A stretch of DNA of 64,000 bases from Mycobacterium sp. Lineage in GTDB: Bacteria > Actinomycetota > Actinomycetes > Mycobacteriales > Mycobacteriaceae. Below, piece after piece: positions 46,475 through 56,380 of the stretch. The notes below the pieces were generated by a model, which saw only the letters and a list, made by a program, of their open reading frames with translations, did no database searches and had not been told where the DNA came from. Position 1 is the stretch's first letter; each line of letters begins with the position of its first letter. A program made the position numbers and the translations under genes. The DNA is taken from contig NZ_DASQVQ010000059.1 of the NCBI RefSeq assembly GCF_035640695.1, positions 3,982 through 67,981 of the forward strand. Direction: 5' to 3'.

Positions 46475-46853
46475 GGCTCTCTCGCTCGTCGACTTGCGCC
46501 GCCGCCTCGTGAAGTTCGGCCAGGTCTCGGTGGCGGGCGGCTGCTTCTTGACGGGAGTTGCCCTCGCCGTCGCCGGCGTGGATGGCCGCCTGCTCATGGG
46601 CGGCCGCGGCCAATCGGTGGGCTCGCCCGGCGTCCCTGTGCTTTGCCGCGGCCGCTCCATGGGCACGCTTGGCACGTGTGAGTGCCTCGTCAAGGCGCTG
46701 GCGCGCCAAGTTCAGCGACTCCGGGGTGGCCGCTATGCCCTGCGCCAGCTCAGCTCGCCGACGCTGCAACTCGTCGGCCCTGGCCTTCGCCGAGGCTGCC
46801 CGGTCGGCTGGACCTTCGGCGCTCTCGCCCCGCTGAGGCGGCGCGGTGGTCAT
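46470..46853 (-). CDS. Hypothetical Ala/Arg/Glu-rich helical protein
   Basis: 127-aa ORF with no recognisable family. Coding status rests only on ORF length and position between annotated genes. Confidence 0.4.
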   Translation of the reverse strand: MTTAPPQRGESAEGPADRAASAKARADELQRRRAELAQGIAATPESLNLARQRLDEALTRAKRAHGAAAAKHRDAGRAHRLAAAAHEQAAIHAGDGEGNSRQEAAARHRDLAELHEAAAQVDERESR

Positions 46854-46943
46854 CGCGGCGGCTCACTTGCGTGGCGGGCTCGCACGACGGCATGCGTCAG
46901 CGCCACGACTCGCGGGCGTGTGGATTCGCGCGGTTCAGCTACC

Positions 46944-47180
46944 ATGGCGCTCACCTCGATGGATGACCTGCCACAACGGTACGCGCATTTGGTCGGCGCC
47001 GGGAGAAAAAATCGGCCGCGTACCCTTGCTCGGTACAGCCTCGTCGTCATCGGCTGGATGTGGGCGCTGAAGTTCGCCTCGTATGAACAGTCGCTGGTGT
47101 CAGAGCGCCCGCTGCGGCTTTCCGGCGTTGTCGTTTAACGGCGAATTCCTGATCAAAGATGTTGCGCTGTGGGAATTTCG
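46944..47180 (+). pseudogene. DUF417 (YkgB-like) membrane protein remnant with internal deletion/frameshift
   Basis: Frame 0: ARYSLVVIGWMWALKFASYEQSLV resembles the DUF417 N-terminus (E. coli YkgB ..FMWIGLLKFVPYEADSI). After a stop at 47138, another frame reads GEFLIKDVALW, like the family C-terminus (GRLVLKDTLML). About 110 central residues are missing. Confidence 0.55.
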
Positions 47181-47211
47181 GTGTGAACGCTGCCCGACTC
47201 GATCGCCGCGA

Positions 47212-48423
47212 TCAGCCGCGCCGCTTCCGAGGAGTCGTGATCAGCGTGGCATCGATCACCGCGGCGCTGAGCACATGATCCAGAACCATCGTGGCGCTTC
47301 CGACGACGCCGGACTGGTCGCCGTAGGTGGACGGAACCACCTGAAGTACCCGGGTGGCCAGAGCCGTTGCGTTGCCATACAACGTTTCCCTCAGGCCGGC
47401 GACGAAGACGTCGTACGCCTTGGCCATGTCACCGGCGACCACCAGGACCGCGGGGTTCAGCAGATTCACCGCGCCGGCGACGACTTCGCCAACATGGCGA
47501 CCGCTCTCCCGGATCATCCGGCGGGCGTCTGAGTCGCCGCTGTTGGCGAGTTCCACGACATCCCGGATGTGTCCTACGGCGCGGCCCTGCCGCTGAAGTG
47601 CCCGCACCAGGGCCCAGCCCCCGGCGACAGCCTCGAGGCAACCCGTATCCCCGCAGCGGCACGGCACTCCGGCGGCCGCAGGGATCTTGTTGTGACCGAG
47701 TTCTCCGGCGGCTTCGACGGCGCCATGTTGTAGCACCCCGCCGCAGATGATGCCGGCACCAAGGCCGGTGGACGCCTTGAGTACCAGCAGGTTTTCGAAA
47801 GCCCTTCGATCACCACGGCTTTCGGCCAACGCGATGACATTGGCGTCGTTGTCGGCGATCACGCGCGCCTCGGTCAGCTCGCCGAAGTACGGCGCTAACG
47901 GGACGCCGTCCCAGCCACTCATGATCGGCGAACTGAGGCTGCACGCGCGCTCACGGTCGACGGTGCCGGGCAGCGACAGACCGACGCCATAAATACGGTC
48001 GCCGCGGTGACCCGATTCCTCCAACAACACATCGAGCCGCTTGACCACGTCGGGCATCAAATCGTCCGCTCCAATGCCCGGCTCCTGGTCGATGTCGGCG
48101 AGCACCAAAACTTCACCGGCGAGGTTGCATACGGCAAGGCGGGTGCGGCTCCGACCGATCGCGGCGGACAACACCACGCCCCCGTCGGCGTTGAACGTCA
48201 ACAGCGTCGCCGGCCGACCCCCGGTGGACGGTGCTTGCTCACGCTCGATCACAAGCCCTCGGTCGGTGAGCGGCGACAAACGCGCCGACACCGCCGTGCG
48301 CGACAGACCGGTGAGTTGACCGATCTCAGCGCGGGTAGTGGCCTGCCGGTGCCGGATCAGCGCATAGATGTCGCCCGCAGTCGTCGCCGACGCATATGTC
48401 CTGGATAAGGCCATGCCAACCAT
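47212..48423 (-). CDS. ROK family transcriptional regulator
   Basis: N-terminal wHTH (TTRAEIGQLTGLSRTAVSARLSPL), sugar-kinase-like fold, ROK zinc motif H..CRCGDTGCLE. Confidence 0.85.
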   Translation of the reverse strand: MVGMALSRTYASATTAGDIYALIRHRQATTRAEIGQLTGLSRTAVSARLSPLTDRGLVIEREQAPSTGGRPATLLTFNADGGVVLSAAIGRSRTRLAVCNLAGEVLVLADIDQEPGIGADDLMPDVVKRLDVLLEESGHRGDRIYGVGLSLPGTVDRERACSLSSPIMSGWDGVPLAPYFGELTEARVIADNDANVIALAESRGDRRAFENLLVLKASTGLGAGIICGGVLQHGAVEAAGELGHNKIPAAAGVPCRCGDTGCLEAVAGGWALVRALQRQGRAVGHIRDVVELANSGDSDARRMIRESGRHVGEVVAGAVNLLNPAVLVVAGDMAKAYDVFVAGLRETLYGNATALATRVLQVVPSTYGDQSGVVGSATMVLDHVLSAAVIDATLITTPRKRRG

Positions 48424-48503
48424 TCAAGCAAGTCGCAAGCCGGTCTGGCAAGAAACGTAACTCCCATCACTTTTGTATTGGAAATACCCAAGTTGGTTTG
48501 TTC

Positions 48504-48516
48504 GACTTCAGAAGTC
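48504..48516. promoter_or_regulatory. Perfect 13-bp palindrome in the ROK / zwf divergent spacer (candidate operator)
   Basis: gacttc-a-gaagtc. Also a 7-bp stem atggtgg (48522-28) / ccaccat (48545-51) directly 5' of the zwf SD GAGGAGG. Confidence 0.35.
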
Positions 48517-48563
48517 TCGCTATGGTGGCGAAGGTCCGACGAAACCACCATCGAGGAGGCCAG

Positions 48564-50036
48564 ATGGAGACCACAGCCGCGGTTGACCACTGCGACTTCG
48601 TGATCTTCGGGGGCACCGGTGACCTGGCGGTAAGAAAGCTGCTGCCGGCACTGTTTCTTCGCGACCGCGACGGTCAGCTGAGCAACCACACCCGCATCAT
48701 CGGCGTCGCCCGAGCCGGCCTCGACGAGCCAGGGTATCGCGACAAAGTCCGCGCCGAGATCGGCCGATTCGTCGCCTCCGAGTTGCTCGAGGCCGACACC
48801 GTGGACCGCTTCCTGGCTCGACTGCGGTTCGTCAGCATCGACTTCGCCGAGCCCGCCGACTTCGTTGCCCTCAACGATGTCCTTGCCGCCCCGGCCGCCG
48901 GGATCCGGGTGTTCTACCTGGCCTGCGCGCCCGCGCTGTTCGGGCCGATATGCAGTGCGCTCGGCCGGCGAGGCCTGGTGACGCCGACGGCGCGTGTGGT
49001 GCTGGAGAAGCCGATCGGCCACGACCTCGCGTCCGCGCAGGCCGTCAACGACGCCGTCGGCGCCGTGTTCGACGAGCGGCAGATCTTCCGGATCGACCAC
49101 TACCTCGGCAAGGAGAGCGTGCAGAACCTGCTCGTCACCAGGTTCGCGAACACACTGCTCGAACCGTTGTGGAACTCGAGCTGGATCGACCACGTCCAGA
49201 TCACGGCCGCCGAATCGCTCGGCGTCGGAGCTCGAGGCGACTACTACGACAAGTCCGGCGCGCTGCGCGACATGCTGCAGAACCATCTGCTGCAGGTGCT
49301 GTGCCTGGTCGCGATGGAACCCCCGACCTACGTGGACCGCGAAACCGTGCGCGACGAGAAACTCAAGGTGCTGCAGGCCTTGAAACCGCTCTCGGTCGAC
49401 GAGATCAAGCGGCACACCGTCACCGGTCAGTACGGGCCCGGCCTCGTCGGCGACGAGGCCGTCGCCGGCTACCGCGAGGACGCCGAAAACCCCGACAGTT
49501 CAACAGAAACGTTCGTCGCGGTGAAGGCCCAGGTCAACAACTGGCGGTGGGCCGGTGTGCCGTTCTACCTACGTACCGGGAAGCGGATGCCGCAGCGATA
49601 CTCCGAGATCGTCGTCCAGTTCAAACCCGTTCCGCTGCCGCTGTTTCCCGGCAACGACGCCGCCGAGCCCAACCGGCTCGTCATCAAGCTGCAGCCGGAT
49701 GAGGAGATGCGGCTGGAAATGATCGCCAAAGAGCCTGGGCCAGGCGGGATTCGGATTCGCCCGGTGTCGCTGAAGCTCAACTACACCGAGGCCTTTCAGC
49801 GACGCTCTCCCGATGCCTATGAGCGGCTGCTGATGGATGTCGTTCGCGGAAATCCGACCCTCTTCATGCGCCGCGACGAGGTGGAAGCGGCGTGGGCGTG
49901 GGTCGAGCCGATTCTGCTGGAGTGGCAGACCTCCGGCCGCGTGCCGCGGCCATATCCGGCCGGCACTGACGGGCCGATCGATGCCGCGACGCTGATCGAG
50001 CGAGACGGTCGGCACTGGCACGAGCAGGCCGCATGA
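48564..50036 (+). CDS. zwf: Glucose-6-phosphate 1-dehydrogenase
   Basis: FVIFGGTGDLAVRKLLPAL, RIDHYLGKE, NHLLQVLCLVAME canonical G6PD motifs. ATG 48564 behind GAGGAGG. Confidence 0.95.
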   Translation: METTAAVDHCDFVIFGGTGDLAVRKLLPALFLRDRDGQLSNHTRIIGVARAGLDEPGYRDKVRAEIGRFVASELLEADTVDRFLARLRFVSIDFAEPADFVALNDVLAAPAAGIRVFYLACAPALFGPICSALGRRGLVTPTARVVLEKPIGHDLASAQAVNDAVGAVFDERQIFRIDHYLGKESVQNLLVTRFANTLLEPLWNSSWIDHVQITAAESLGVGARGDYYDKSGALRDMLQNHLLQVLCLVAMEPPTYVDRETVRDEKLKVLQALKPLSVDEIKRHTVTGQYGPGLVGDEAVAGYREDAENPDSSTETFVAVKAQVNNWRWAGVPFYLRTGKRMPQRYSEIVVQFKPVPLPLFPGNDAAEPNRLVIKLQPDEEMRLEMIAKEPGPGGIRIRPVSLKLNYTEAFQRRSPDAYERLLMDVVRGNPTLFMRRDEVEAAWAWVEPILLEWQTSGRVPRPYPAGTDGPIDAATLIERDGRHWHEQAA

Positions 50037-50082
50037 CGCGCGACAACTCACCAGTCCCAACGCAGCGAAAGCCTAGATCCCC

Positions 50083-51315
50083 GTGACCGTTTCACTCGAT
50101 CGTCCATCCGCGCCGGTTGCCGTCGTCGCCCCCGCCCCGGAGCTGCGCTGGTTGGCGGTGTTCGCACTCGCCATCGGCGGGTTCGGCATCGGCACCACCG
50201 AGTTCGTCGCGATGGGTCTGCTTCCCGAGATCGCCTCCGGCTTGCACATCACCGAACCGACCGCCGGACACGTCATTTCGGCGTATGCGCTCGGCGTCGT
50301 CGTCGGGGCGCCATCGATCGCGGCACTCACCGCACGAGTGCCCCGCAGGACTCTGCTGCTGGGCCTGATGGCTGTTTTCACGGCGGGCAACCTTGCCAGT
50401 GCGCTGGCCCCCTCCTATCAGCTCTTGCTGGCGGCACGCTTCATCGCGGGGCTGCCCCACGGCGCGTTCTTCGGCGTCGCCGCCCTGGTCGCCGCGCATT
50501 TGATGGGCCCAGGCAACCGGGCCAAGGCCGCCGCGCATGTGATGACCGGCTTGACGGTGGCCACCGTCGCCGGCGTGCCTGTGGCATCGTCGTTGGGCCA
50601 AACGATGGGCTGGCGCAGCGCTTTCGGGCTCGTGGTCGCGATCGGCGTGGCCACCTTGACCGCGATCTGGTGCTGGATGCCCGGACTTCGCTCGATGCAC
50701 GCCACCAGTCCGCTGACGGAGCTCGGCGCGCTGAAGCGGGTGCAAGTGTGGCTGGCGGTGTTCGTGGGGATGATCGGCTTCGGCGGAATGTTCGCGGTAT
50801 ACACCTATGTCAGCACGACGCTGACCGGCGTCGCGGGCCTTCACCGCGCGTTAGTTCCAGTCGCGCTGATGATCTTCGGCATCGGGATGGTGATGGGCAA
50901 CCTGGTCGGTGGCCGGATGGCCGACATCTCGGTGATCCGCGGACTCTATGTATCGATCGGCGCGCTAGGCCTCGTGCTGGCGATGTTCGTCATCCTCGCG
51001 CACAATCCGTGGACGGCGTTGGTGGGCTTGTTCGCCGTCGGCGCGGCGGGCTCGGCGATCGCGCCGGCACTGCAGACACGACTGATGGACGTCGCCCACG
51101 GCGCCCAAACATTGGCGGCCGCACTGAATCACTCCGCGCTCAACATTGCCAACGCGACCGGGGCGTGGATCGGCGGGCTGGTGATCGCCGCCGGCTACGG
51201 CTACACCGCACCAGCGGCCGCCGGTGCCCTGCTGGCCGTCGCGGGACTGACGGTGCTGACGATCTCGGTGCTTGCCGAGCGCCGCAGTCGCCGCCGACGC
51301 CGCCGACGCGGCTGA
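50083..51315 (+). CDS. MFS transporter (AraJ/NepI-like efflux type)
   Basis: 410 aa, 12 predicted TM helices, GIGTTEFVAMGLLPEIA motif. GTG start. Confidence 0.85.
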   Translation: MTVSLDRPSAPVAVVAPAPELRWLAVFALAIGGFGIGTTEFVAMGLLPEIASGLHITEPTAGHVISAYALGVVVGAPSIAALTARVPRRTLLLGLMAVFTAGNLASALAPSYQLLLAARFIAGLPHGAFFGVAALVAAHLMGPGNRAKAAAHVMTGLTVATVAGVPVASSLGQTMGWRSAFGLVVAIGVATLTAIWCWMPGLRSMHATSPLTELGALKRVQVWLAVFVGMIGFGGMFAVYTYVSTTLTGVAGLHRALVPVALMIFGIGMVMGNLVGGRMADISVIRGLYVSIGALGLVLAMFVILAHNPWTALVGLFAVGAAGSAIAPALQTRLMDVAHGAQTLAAALNHSALNIANATGAWIGGLVIAAGYGYTAPAAAGALLAVAGLTVLTISVLAERRSRRRRRRRG

Positions 51316-51384
51316 CGCCGATAGAAGCCACGCGCTTCACGAAATGCGGCCGTCATTCGTGCGCGCCGGGCATAGGGTGCGGGC

Positions 51385-53139
51385 ATGGGGTTCATGAAGC
51401 CGGACCTTCCGGACGTCGATCACGACACCTTCCTCACGCTTCCCCGTTGGCAGCGGCTGCAGACCATGACCCGGCACTGGGTGGAAAACGGCTTCGGCAC
51501 GCCGTACGCGGTGTATCTGCTCTACGTCGTCAAGATCGCCGTGTACGTCGCCAGCGCCGCGGCCGTGATCTCGTTGACCCCCGGCCTTGGTGGACTCACC
51601 CACATCGCGTCGTGGTGGACGCAGCCGATCGTCTATCAGAAGGTCGTCCTCTTCACCATTCTGTTCGAGGTGCTTGGACTGGGCTGCGGCTCCGGTCCCC
51701 TGACACTGCGGTTCGTCCCGCCGTTCGGCGGTTTCCTGTACTGGCTGCGGCCTGGCACGGTGCGCCTCGCGCCATGGCCGGACAAGATTCCGTTCACCGG
51801 CGGTGACACCCGCACGGCGTTCGATGTCGCGCTGTATGCAGTCGTGCTGGTCTCCGGCGTCTGGGCGTTGCTTTCTCCCGGCGCGGGTGGCCCGGTCACG
51901 ACGAGCGGCGACGTCGGGCTGATCTCCCCGACGCGCGTCATACCGCTGATCGTCGCCCTGGCCGTGCTCGGTCTGCGCGACAAGACGATCTTCCTGGCCG
52001 CCCGCGCCGAGCATTACTGGCTGACGCTGTTCGTGTTCTTCTTCCCGTTCACCGATCAGATCGCGGCCTACAAGATCATCTTGCTGGGGCTGTGGTGGGG
52101 TGCGGCGACGTCGAAGCTCAACCACCACTTCCCGTATGTCGTCGGCGCGATGATGAGCAACAGCCCGGTATTGCGGAGCAAGTGGGTGAAGCGCAAGCTC
52201 TACCGCGACCCGGTCAACGACCTTCGCCCCTCCCGGCTGCCACAGCTGATGGCCCACGTCGGCGGTACCACGGCGGAATTCCTTGTGCCACTGATACTGG
52301 TGTTCTTCGCCGACGGTCAACCGTGGGTATGGATACCGATCGCGTTCATGGTGCTCTTCCACCTCAACATCATTTCGACCATCCCCTTGGGAGTGCCGCT
52401 GGAGTGGAACGTCTTCTTCATCTTCTCGTTGTTCTACCTCTTCGGGCACTACGGCTCGATCACGGTCTACGACCTGAACTCGCCGCTGCTACTGGCGATC
52501 CTGATCGTGGGGCTGGCGATAATTCCGATTGCGGGAAACCTGTTTCCCAAACAGATTTCTTTCCTGCCCGCAATGCGCTACTACGCGGGCAACTGGGCCA
52601 CCAGCGCATGGTGCTTACGGCCCGGCGCCGAGGACAAGATCGAGGCAAACGTCAACAAGGTGTCGGCCCTCGCCAACAGGCAACTCGCCCGGCTCTACGG
52701 TCCAGCGACCGCGGAGATCATGATCGAAAAGATCATGGGCTGGCGGGCCATCCATTCACACGGCCGGGCGCTCAACGGCCTGGTGCGACGCGCAGTCGAC
52801 AACGAATCCGCCTACGTGATCCGCGACGGCGAATACATCGCTGGACCGATCCTGGGCTGGAATTTCGGCGAGGGTCACCTACACAACGAACAACTGTTGG
52901 CCGCGCTGCAGCGCCGTTGTCACTTCGACGAGGGCGAGGTCCGTGTCGTCATCCTGGAAAGCCAACCGATCCATCGCCAGCGGCAGGCCTACCGCATCGT
53001 CGACGCCAAGACCGGCCTGATCGAGGAGGGCTACGTCGACGTGGCCGACCTGCTCACCCGGCCGCCCTGGCCCGAGCCCGATGACGATTTTCCCGTCCAC
53101 CTGACCGGCGATCACGCCGAGCCGCACGGTCGGCGATGA
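51385..53139 (+). CDS. DUF3556 family polytopic membrane protein
   Basis: 584 aa (the family is about 575-585 aa as I recall), N-terminal half with multiple TM helices and a soluble C-terminal part. Assignment from memory of family length/architecture only. Confidence 0.65.
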   Translation: MGFMKPDLPDVDHDTFLTLPRWQRLQTMTRHWVENGFGTPYAVYLLYVVKIAVYVASAAAVISLTPGLGGLTHIASWWTQPIVYQKVVLFTILFEVLGLGCGSGPLTLRFVPPFGGFLYWLRPGTVRLAPWPDKIPFTGGDTRTAFDVALYAVVLVSGVWALLSPGAGGPVTTSGDVGLISPTRVIPLIVALAVLGLRDKTIFLAARAEHYWLTLFVFFFPFTDQIAAYKIILLGLWWGAATSKLNHHFPYVVGAMMSNSPVLRSKWVKRKLYRDPVNDLRPSRLPQLMAHVGGTTAEFLVPLILVFFADGQPWVWIPIAFMVLFHLNIISTIPLGVPLEWNVFFIFSLFYLFGHYGSITVYDLNSPLLLAILIVGLAIIPIAGNLFPKQISFLPAMRYYAGNWATSAWCLRPGAEDKIEANVNKVSALANRQLARLYGPATAEIMIEKIMGWRAIHSHGRALNGLVRRAVDNESAYVIRDGEYIAGPILGWNFGEGHLHNEQLLAALQRRCHFDEGEVRVVILESQPIHRQRQAYRIVDAKTGLIEEGYVDVADLLTRPPWPEPDDDFPVHLTGDHAEPHGRR

Positions 53140-54554
53140 GCACCGCGATCATCGTCGGATCCGGCCCCAACGGTCTGGCTGCGGCGATTACCTTGGCCGA
53201 AAACGGCGTCGAAGTAACGGTTTTGGAAGCCAAGCCCACCATCGGCGGCGGCACCCGCACCAGCGAACTCACGCTTCCGGGGCTGCTACACGACGACTGC
53301 TCGGCGGTGCATCCGATGACCGCGGCGTCGCCGTTCATCCAGTCGCAGCGTCTCGAAAACTACGGGCTGCGTTGGCGATACCCCGAGATCGATATGGCGC
53401 ATCCTTTCGATGACGGCAACGCCGCAACCCTGCACACGTCGATCGACGCCACCGCCAACCAGTTCCCCGACCACGATGCCCGCGCCTGGCGCAAGGTATT
53501 CGCACCGTTGGCACAACGGTTCGATCGGCTGCGCGACGACGTGTTCCGCCCGATCGTTCATTTTCCCGAACATCCTTTCGCGTTGGCCGGCTTGGGAATC
53601 CAGTCGATGCTGCCGGCCACCGTGCTGGCCCGCCGATGGCGCACCGCGCAGGCCCGTGCATTGTTCGGCGGCGTGGCCGCACACATCTACTACCCGCTGA
53701 GCCGGCCAGCGACCTCCGCGGTCGGGCTGATGATCACCGCGGCCGGGCACCGCTACGGCTGGCCCGTCGCCGAGGGCGGGTCGCGCTCGGTCTCCGACGC
53801 AATGGCGAAGCGGCTGGCCGAGCTGGAAGCCAACATCGAAACCGGCGTGACCGTCGAATCGCTGAGCGACCTGGCCGCCGATGTCGTGATGCTGGATCTT
53901 GCGCCGCGGGCGGTCGCGGGGATCGCCGGGGACAAGCTGCCGGCACGGGTGCGCCGCGCCTACCGGCGATACCGGCACGGTCCCGGGGCCTATAAGCTCG
54001 ATATCGCACTCGACGGCGACATCCCGTGGCGCAACCCGGCATGCCGACGCGCCGGCACCGTGCACGTCGGCGGAACATTCGAAGAAATCGTTGCCGCAGA
54101 GCGAGATATCGCCAACGGCGTTATGCCACGCCGGCCGTTCGTGTTGGTCGGGCAACAATATCTCGCCGACCCGACCCGCAGCTCTGCCGGACGCAACCCG
54201 GTCTGGGCCTACGCCCATGTCCCGCACGGCTACACCGGCGACGCGACAGAGGCGACCCTGGCCCAAATCGAGCGCTTCGCGCCCGGCTTCAAAGAGCGGG
54301 TGCTCGCCGTCCATGTTCGTACACCGGCGGACTTGGCGGCCTACAACCCCAACTACATTGGAGGCGACATCCTCACCGGACGCAACGACCCGCTGCAGGT
54401 CCTCCTGCGGCCACGGGTGAGCACGGATCCTTACCGGACCGCGATACCCGGCACGTATATCTGCTCGGCGGCCACTCCACCCGGGACGGGAGTGCACGGG
54501 ATGTGCGGGCACAACGCCGCCCTATCCGCGCTGCGCTACTTGCAACGGATCTGA
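53136..54554 (+). CDS. Phytoene-desaturase (CrtI)-family NAD(P)/FAD-dependent oxidoreductase
   Basis: N-terminal dinucleotide fold IIVGSGPNGLAAAITLAENG..V.VLEA...GGG. C-terminus ICSAATPPGTGVHGMCG. ATGA overlap with the DUF3556 gene. Confidence 0.8.
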   Translation: MSTAIIVGSGPNGLAAAITLAENGVEVTVLEAKPTIGGGTRTSELTLPGLLHDDCSAVHPMTAASPFIQSQRLENYGLRWRYPEIDMAHPFDDGNAATLHTSIDATANQFPDHDARAWRKVFAPLAQRFDRLRDDVFRPIVHFPEHPFALAGLGIQSMLPATVLARRWRTAQARALFGGVAAHIYYPLSRPATSAVGLMITAAGHRYGWPVAEGGSRSVSDAMAKRLAELEANIETGVTVESLSDLAADVVMLDLAPRAVAGIAGDKLPARVRRAYRRYRHGPGAYKLDIALDGDIPWRNPACRRAGTVHVGGTFEEIVAAERDIANGVMPRRPFVLVGQQYLADPTRSSAGRNPVWAYAHVPHGYTGDATEATLAQIERFAPGFKERVLAVHVRTPADLAAYNPNYIGGDILTGRNDPLQVLLRPRVSTDPYRTAIPGTYICSAATPPGTGVHGMCGHNAALSALRYLQRI

Positions 54555-54567
54555 CGAAGGGTTGACG

Positions 54568-56364
54568 ATGAAGTCCGATCTACTCTCCCGACGCGATCTC
54601 GATTTTCTGCTGTTCGAGTGGCTGCGAATCGACGAGCTCACCAAGCGCGAACGGTTCGCCGAGCATTCCCGCGAAACGTTCGCCGATGTGCTCGACCTCT
54701 GCGAACAGTTGGCGACGCGCTACTTCGCGACGCACAACAAGGAAAGTGATGCGCACGAGCCGACTTTCGACGGCACGCGCGTGACCGTCATTCCACAGGT
54801 CAAGCAGGCGCTGGACGCATTCGCCAAGGCCGACCTGCTGAGCATCAGCATGGATCACGAGCTCGGCGGGGCCCAACTTCCGACGACGGTCACCGGAGCC
54901 GGCTTCGCATGGTTCCAGGCCGCCAATATCAGCACGTCCGGATATCCGATGCTGACGCTTGCGAACGCGAACCTGCTCGCCAAGTACGCGACCCGACAGC
55001 AGATCGACGCGTTCGTCAAGCCGATGCTCGCCGGCCGCTTCTCTGGGACGATGTGCCTTTCCGAAACGCAGGCCGGGTCGTCGCTGGCCGATATCGTCAC
55101 CCGCGCGGAACCGCGTGAGGACGGTACCTACCGCCTGTTCGGTTCGAAGATGTGGATTTCGGGCGGCGATCACGAGCTGACCGACAACATCATCCATCTC
55201 GTCCTCGCTAAAATCCCGGGCGGTCCGCCCGGCACGAAGGGCATCTCGTTGTTCATCGTGCCAAGGTTCCTCGTCGACGCCAATGGCGCTGTCGGCGAGC
55301 GCAACGACGTGGTGCTGGCCGGGCTGAACCACAAGATGGGCATGCGCGGAATCACCAACACCGTGTTGAACTTTGGCGAGGGCCGCTTCCGTCCCGGCGG
55401 CGAGGCCGGCGCGGTCGGATATCTCGTCGGTGAACCGCACCGCGGCATCGCTTACATGTTCCACATGATGAATGAGGCGCGTCTCGGCGTGGGCATGGGC
55501 GCCGTCGCACTCGGCTACACCGGCTACCTCAAGTCGCTCGAATATGCACGTGAGCGGCCGCAGGGCAGGCCGGTGACAGCCAAGGACCCGTCCACGCCGC
55601 AGATACCGATCATCGAGCACCCCGACGTGAAGCGAATGCTATTGGCGCAGAAGTCGTATGTGGAGGGCGCACTGGCACTTGCGCTGTATTGCGGCAGACT
55701 CGTCGACATCCAGCACAGCGCGGACTCCGACGATGAGTTCGACTCGGCGACACTGCTGCTCGACATCCTCACACCGGTCGCCAAGAGTTGGCCGTCGCAA
55801 TGGTGCTTGGAGGCCAACAGCCTGGCGATCCAGGTACACGGTGGCTACGGCTACACGCGCGAGTACGACGTCGAGCAGCATTATCGCGACAACCGTCTCA
55901 ACCCCATCCACGAGGGCACCCACGGCATCCAAAGCCTCGACCTGTTGGGCCGAAAAGTTGTTCAGCGCAACGGCGCAAGCCTGATGGTGATGAATTCGGC
56001 GGTGAACGACAATGTGTCGGCGGCCAAGGCGTTGGGCGGTGAGCTCGCCGTGCTGGCAGCACAGTTGGATTCGACCTGGCAGCGCCTCGTCGCGGTCACG
56101 GCGGCGATGTTCGGATCGGGTGACGTGGAGGCCGCCCTCGCCAACAGCGTCGTCTATCTGGAGACGTTCGGGCACATCGCCATCGCTTGGATGTGGCTCG
56201 AGCAGATGTGTGCGGCGCACGGTCAGACCGGCGACTTCTACGACGGTAAGCGGCAAGCCGGCCGCTACTTCTTCCGCTACGAGTTGCCGAAGACCGCGCC
56301 CCAACTCGATCTGCTCGAAAGCCTCGATCGCACCACGCTCGACATGCGAAGCAACTGGTTCTGA
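54568..56364 (+). CDS. Long acyl-CoA dehydrogenase with C-terminal helical extension (FadE5/AidB-like architecture)
   Basis: About 598 aa. LSETQAGSSLADI, ISLFIVP, EYARERPQG, VHGGYGYTREYDVEQHYRD. ATG 54568 behind GAAGGG (TTG 54562 possible). Confidence 0.85.
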   Translation: MKSDLLSRRDLDFLLFEWLRIDELTKRERFAEHSRETFADVLDLCEQLATRYFATHNKESDAHEPTFDGTRVTVIPQVKQALDAFAKADLLSISMDHELGGAQLPTTVTGAGFAWFQAANISTSGYPMLTLANANLLAKYATRQQIDAFVKPMLAGRFSGTMCLSETQAGSSLADIVTRAEPREDGTYRLFGSKMWISGGDHELTDNIIHLVLAKIPGGPPGTKGISLFIVPRFLVDANGAVGERNDVVLAGLNHKMGMRGITNTVLNFGEGRFRPGGEAGAVGYLVGEPHRGIAYMFHMMNEARLGVGMGAVALGYTGYLKSLEYARERPQGRPVTAKDPSTPQIPIIEHPDVKRMLLAQKSYVEGALALALYCGRLVDIQHSADSDDEFDSATLLLDILTPVAKSWPSQWCLEANSLAIQVHGGYGYTREYDVEQHYRDNRLNPIHEGTHGIQSLDLLGRKVVQRNGASLMVMNSAVNDNVSAAKALGGELAVLAAQLDSTWQRLVAVTAAMFGSGDVEAALANSVVYLETFGHIAIAWMWLEQMCAAHGQTGDFYDGKRQAGRYFFRYELPKTAPQLDLLESLDRTTLDMRSNWF

Positions 56365-56380
56365 AACTGGAGGACGCCAC

